A stretch of DNA of 64,000 nt, from NCBI GenBank assembly GCA_002633005.1, contig NMRA01000098.1, positions 367,915 through 431,914 on the forward strand, written 5' to 3'. This document shows positions 63,787 to 64,000 of this stretch, in pieces. The stretch is from Phoronis australis (Eukaryota; Animalia; Phoronida). Positions within the stretch are counted from its first letter, which is position 1. Each line of letters opens with the position of its first letter. Both the position numbers and the translations under genes were made by a program. The notes below the pieces were generated by a model, which had not been told where the DNA came from, searched no databases, and worked only from the letters and a program-made list of their open reading frames with translations.

Positions 63787-64000
63787 CTGCTTTAAGGTTC
63801 TCGACCTTTGCCTCAATACCCAGCCAATCCAAAAATGCTGTGGCAGGGGCATCCTGTCGTTTCCTCATCTGCCAAACAGCATTGCGCAGGGTCCGGGGCT
63901 CAGTAAGCCAACGATTGGTCTCAATGTCATAGGCAGTCTGTTGAATGTCCAACACAACTTTCTTGGCAATGTTTTCAGCATAGCTGTTGAACTTGTCCCT
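63787..64000 (-). CDS. Uncharacterised membrane protein exon (5'-truncated by window edge)
   Basis: Open frame RDKFNSYAENIAKKVVLDIQQTAYDIETNRWLTEPRTL...FLDWLGIEAKVENLKA G|gtgatg. Phase 1 fits the next exon. Confidence 0.75.

Overview
AT-rich, intron-containing animal genomic DNA. It looks like a marine invertebrate, possibly a lophotrochozoan, but the taxon cannot be fixed from the sequence. I reconstructed four protein-coding genes by hand from GT-AG sites with consistent phases. (1) A + strand ITM2/BRI2-family BRICHOS type II membrane precursor (~3.6-14.6 kb) carries an unusual His/Arg/Gly-rich block, a furin site and a 22-aa two-Cys C-terminal peptide. (2) A - strand CCDC160-like coiled-coil gene (17613-18813). 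(3) A + strand glycogenin (23828-50076), divergent from the CCDC160-like gene, has a large optional Pro/His/acidic linker exon. (4) The 3' part of a - strand uncharacterised multi-pass membrane protein gene (53393 to beyond 64000). Introns hold many DNA-transposon relics: a deleted Kolobok retaining THAP and KolX/P2X7-ballast-like fragments, a HIRAN-like fragment, and MITEs with 2-, 3-, 4-, 5-, 8- and 9-bp target duplications. A 2.4-kb tandem duplication around an N at 56585 is most likely a haplotype assembly artefact. Family assignments come from motif recognition and memory, not from database searches.
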